A stretch of 64,000 bases of DNA from Rhodosorus marinus CCMP1338 (Eukaryota > Plantae > Rhodophyta), in contig JAMWBK010000011.1 in the NCBI GenBank assembly GCA_029953675.1, positions 496,001 to 560,000 on the forward strand, given 5' to 3'. The notes beneath the pieces are model-generated. The model was given only the letters and a program-made list of their open reading frames with translations. It was not told the DNA's origin and did not search any database. The translations under genes and the position numbers were made by a program. Numbering within the stretch: position 1 is the stretch's first letter; every line of letters starts with the position of its first letter. Positions 60,653-64,000 of this stretch are shown piece after piece.

Positions 60653-62287
60653 TCACAGTGGAACGTAGTCATGTTCAGTGTCGTAGACGTCAAACTTGTC
60701 CAAAACCGGTCTTAAACGCTTCCATTCATCTCGAGATTTTTGGGGCAGTGTTTGCCAGTCGAAAATGCGAGGGTAGTCGTCCATGTCGCGCTTTTCCTCC
60801 CGTACATCGTACCAGTGTTTCAAGGCATCCCTCATAATATAGGAGCCTCTGATCATCTGGAAGTGACCCGCAAATCTTGTCATATAAGAAAAGTTGTACG
60901 TTCGTGTATGCTTCTCGGCGTCCCCAAATAAGTAGGGATAAAGGCTTTCACCATGGATTTCATATCCATCAAGAAGGTCACTCACGCCCATCAAATCGGC
61001 CACCGTTGGCAACAGGTCAACGGAAGAAGCGAACTCGCTGGACCTGCCTTTCTTCGTCATACCTAGCCCAGGCGCGTAGACGAACAGTGGCACATGTGGA
61101 CCCCTCTGCTTGATCCCTAGCCCCTTTCCATAACCCTTTGTTCCGTTGTCTGTGGCAAAGATTATAACCGTATTCTTCAGGATGCCCAGTTCTTTGCATT
61201 TCTCTTCAAACTGCCACAGAGTGTAGTCTAGATACTCGACATGGCGCCTGATTCCGCCCTTATTGGTTCCGCTCGTCGTGTAGTTTCCAGCTTCCCCAGT
61301 TATCACCGATTCTTGTTTCACATACCTCTGCGTTTTCGGATTCCACCATAGCTTCGGAGTAGGTGGCCACGTGTCAATCTTCCCATTCAGAAAGTCGAAT
61401 GCCTTGTGTCCAATTCTGGAGGTTGCATACAAGAAGAAAGGCTTATCGTCCTCCGTGCATGTCTCCATGAAGGCCTTGGTTACGTCCATATCCACGTCAG
61501 GCCCGAATGTGCCCTTGTTGTATGCTTCTCTAGTCTCCTCCGTATTGGGATAGTAGACTAGTCTACCATCTTGGTCCTCGTCCCCCTTTGGAGGATTGAA
61601 CAGAAGTACGTGGGGCAGCCAAGTGTAACTACGATGAGCTCTTGCTCCTGGTTCTACCTTGCCGGTGTCCAAGTTGATCAATCTCTTGTTACCATTCTTG
61701 TCCCTTCCCCGCGTTACAACTTGAAAATCTGACAGAGGGCTAGGTGGAACCTCTTGTGGAGCGGGCACGAAAACGCCTTGCCCAAACCCAAACTTTTCCA
61801 AATTGTCAACGTCTTTCATACCTGCTCTTCCCCCCCAAAACGTTCCATACCCAGCCGCCGTTGCCAGTTGCCCAATTCCCAGAGGAGATGTGATCCAAAG
61901 AGGAACGATATCACCGATTTCTCCGTTCTCGTCCACCCACGATCCGTAGTCAAAATTGTGCCACCACTTGGTGATCGATGCGTATCTTCCAGTCATCATC
62001 ATGCCACGACTGGAGGCGCAGATCGGCGTAGACCAGTATTTATCGAAAAAGACACCCTCCTTCGCCATCTTATCCAGCATCGGCGTGCGCGCGCGATACT
62101 TGGGTCTGTCTGTCGTCTCTTCATCGGTACTGGACCAGACCCCGGTATCGTACGGTGGGAACTCCCGGGGGCTGAGATCATCCCCGATCAAAATGATAAT
62201 ATTTGGCCTGCTGCCAGCCGCTGCACTATCCACACCGGACAGAACAGCCCAGCACACCACCACAAACCATACCAAACCAATCTTCAT
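60653..62287 (-). CDS. Secreted S1-family sulfatase-like protein, copy 3 (intronless; closest to copy 2)
   Basis: Intact ORF with signal peptide MKIGLVWFVVVCWAVLSG, CASSRGMMMTGRY and DNG. Confidence 0.9.
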   Translation of the reverse strand: MKIGLVWFVVVCWAVLSGVDSAAAGSRPNIIILIGDDLSPREFPPYDTGVWSSTDEETTDRPKYRARTPMLDKMAKEGVFFDKYWSTPICASSRGMMMTGRYASITKWWHNFDYGSWVDENGEIGDIVPLWITSPLGIGQLATAAGYGTFWGGRAGMKDVDNLEKFGFGQGVFVPAPQEVPPSPLSDFQVVTRGRDKNGNKRLINLDTGKVEPGARAHRSYTWLPHVLLFNPPKGDEDQDGRLVYYPNTEETREAYNKGTFGPDVDMDVTKAFMETCTEDDKPFFLYATSRIGHKAFDFLNGKIDTWPPTPKLWWNPKTQRYVKQESVITGEAGNYTTSGTNKGGIRRHVEYLDYTLWQFEEKCKELGILKNTVIIFATDNGTKGYGKGLGIKQRGPHVPLFVYAPGLGMTKKGRSSEFASSVDLLPTVADLMGVSDLLDGYEIHGESLYPYLFGDAEKHTRTYNFSYMTRFAGHFQMIRGSYIMRDALKHWYDVREEKRDMDDYPRIFDWQTLPQKSRDEWKRLRPVLDKFDVYDTEHDYVPL

Positions 62288-64000
62288 CGTGGCGTTCCAA
62301 ACACACAATCAACGACAATCATATCCTCAAAATCCACCTCACCAGCCCCCAAAAAAACAAAAGTGGTCCTCAAGTTCCTCACCCCACCTTCTCTCCCAAC
62401 CCTCCCCCGCCACACCTAGTCCCCGTATGATCTCTGTATATAGATAACGTATCAACTGATCAGTCACAACACATTTCCCATCAAAAATCAAAACAAAACC
62501 AAAAAGGAAACTGACTTTTCCTCCACGCCAAAATGTCGGATTCCGTAGGAATGGATCTCTCTCTCTCTCTCTACACAAAGATCCAAGTCGTTGCAACAAA
62601 CCCCTCAAAAATATCTAAAAAGCAAATAAGCCAACATTGCTACCGACAGTTACGCCACCGTCGGAGGTAAAAATACCGAAATGTGGATCTTCACAATCTC
62701 ACGAGTCCCCCCAAAAGAATATACAGTAATTCTTAAATACAACGGATCCTTGTCTCTCTAAACAAAACCTCTCAAAAATTTCCAAAAGTCAAGAACTACG
62801 TTGTCCACGAGCGGGTCTCTGTCCCCTCTTTCTCCTCCCCCCCGGGGGGGGGGAGTTAGAATATGGGGGTCCGTTTCCATCTCAAAAACCTAAAACTATG
62901 TAGTGTTTTTCTCACAGTTCACACCGGGACTAAATTTGGTTTGCTCTCTCCCCCCCGCCCAATCCTCGCCCTACCAAAAGAGTCTTTACAACGGTTTTCC
63001 GGTTTTGGATTTGTTTTATATATAAAATTGAAAATGTCGTGTGTGGACATGGTTTGTCAAATGTCTTGAGATATGATAGGGTTGTTGTTTTTATATAAAA
63101 AAGTTCACATGTCCACATGACCATCGTGTCATTTTTTGTGATTCAAGCTGTAGAAAGTGTTGGAAATCCATTGTTTTCTAGGCACTCATACTAGTTTAGG
63201 GATAATGGCTTTGATTAGAACCAAAAACTCCTATATCTAGTACCAACGTAGGGTATATCAAACTAGGGTTGTGCTGAAGAAAGAATTACCGCACTGGTGA
63301 TAACAATTACCAGCAAATAAGCCTGAAACTAAATACCGGGAATACGAGCTGGAATCGAGGATATTTAACAGTAGAAACTCCGATTCGGTAAGAACGGATT
63401 GTTTTACATATATAGAGAAAGCGGTGTTTTGCCGGTAATAAATCGTAATTGAATTCTTTTCTAGTGTAGCGGAATCGTGGGTTTCATCCTAATGAGAAAA
63501 ACGTTTGTTTTGCTACGGAATCGAGGGTTTGACACCTCGGTTTTGCCACCTCAAGTGGGGTTTCTCAATCCATCATCAATCCATCATCAATTACGCGATT
63601 CGGGGCTGGAATTGAGGGTACAAACCCGAGGGGGGTCGAATATCCAAGTACTGGAAGGATTGTGGAGAAACTCAACCAATATCGCAGCAATACCAGGCTG
63701 ATGCTGATACAGGTTTTATCGTTGCCCTTTTAACATTGAATAGTAAAAGAGGACGTAAACCTCGGAAACGACGATCAAAGCCGCCATATTAAATACAATA
63801 GAGTAGCGGATGAGGGACGCATTTCGTCCAGTATCATACGTTTCTCGGATGCTTGATCCCCGCCTGAGGGGAGTGGGCATGTCTCCACGAGATAAACAAC
63901 ATGTTTGCTTGGTCGCGGAGGATCTGTACCAAAAATCGAGCAAGCAGCAAGTGAAAGTTTCTGGAGAGAGAGGAGCTCCAGGAGAAGATCAGAATTCTTT

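Overview
Eukaryotic, gene-dense nuclear DNA with mostly short (~60-110 bp) GT-AG introns. It is most likely a red alga (inference from M-x-AF(V/L)-type N-terminal presequences on Mfd, NDH-2 and a PPR protein). Housekeeping genes recognised from motifs: Rab18 plus an adjacent Rab pseudogene, PHO80/P-type cyclin, tRNA-Cys(GCA), a probable SHOC1/Zip2-like meiotic protein, PAQR, a PPR protein with a very long acidic tail, ZNHIT3, SEN2, type II NAD(P)H dehydrogenase, Mfd, class II fumarase and tRNA-Gln(CTG). Accessory content: (i) a near full-length two-ORF CRE-like non-LTR retrotransposon (RT plus restriction-like endonuclease) at 2.7-7.4 kb, with a candidate 9-bp TSD and a non-poly(A) 3' end; (ii) two ~50%-identical orphan coiled-coil genes with TATA boxes at 36.8 and 38.7 kb; (iii) from 46 to 63 kb, a tandem array of three intact, intronless, secreted S1-type sulfatases with a non-canonical CASSR motif, plus two sulfatase fragments. 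The array is interleaved with two more pieces of the same retrotransposon family. One is an internal fragment dropped precisely into a sulfatase remnant. The other is a decayed copy whose 5' end is a 330-bp fold-back palindrome around eight 16-bp hairpin-unit repeats. Family assignments come from motif recognition only; no database searches were run.
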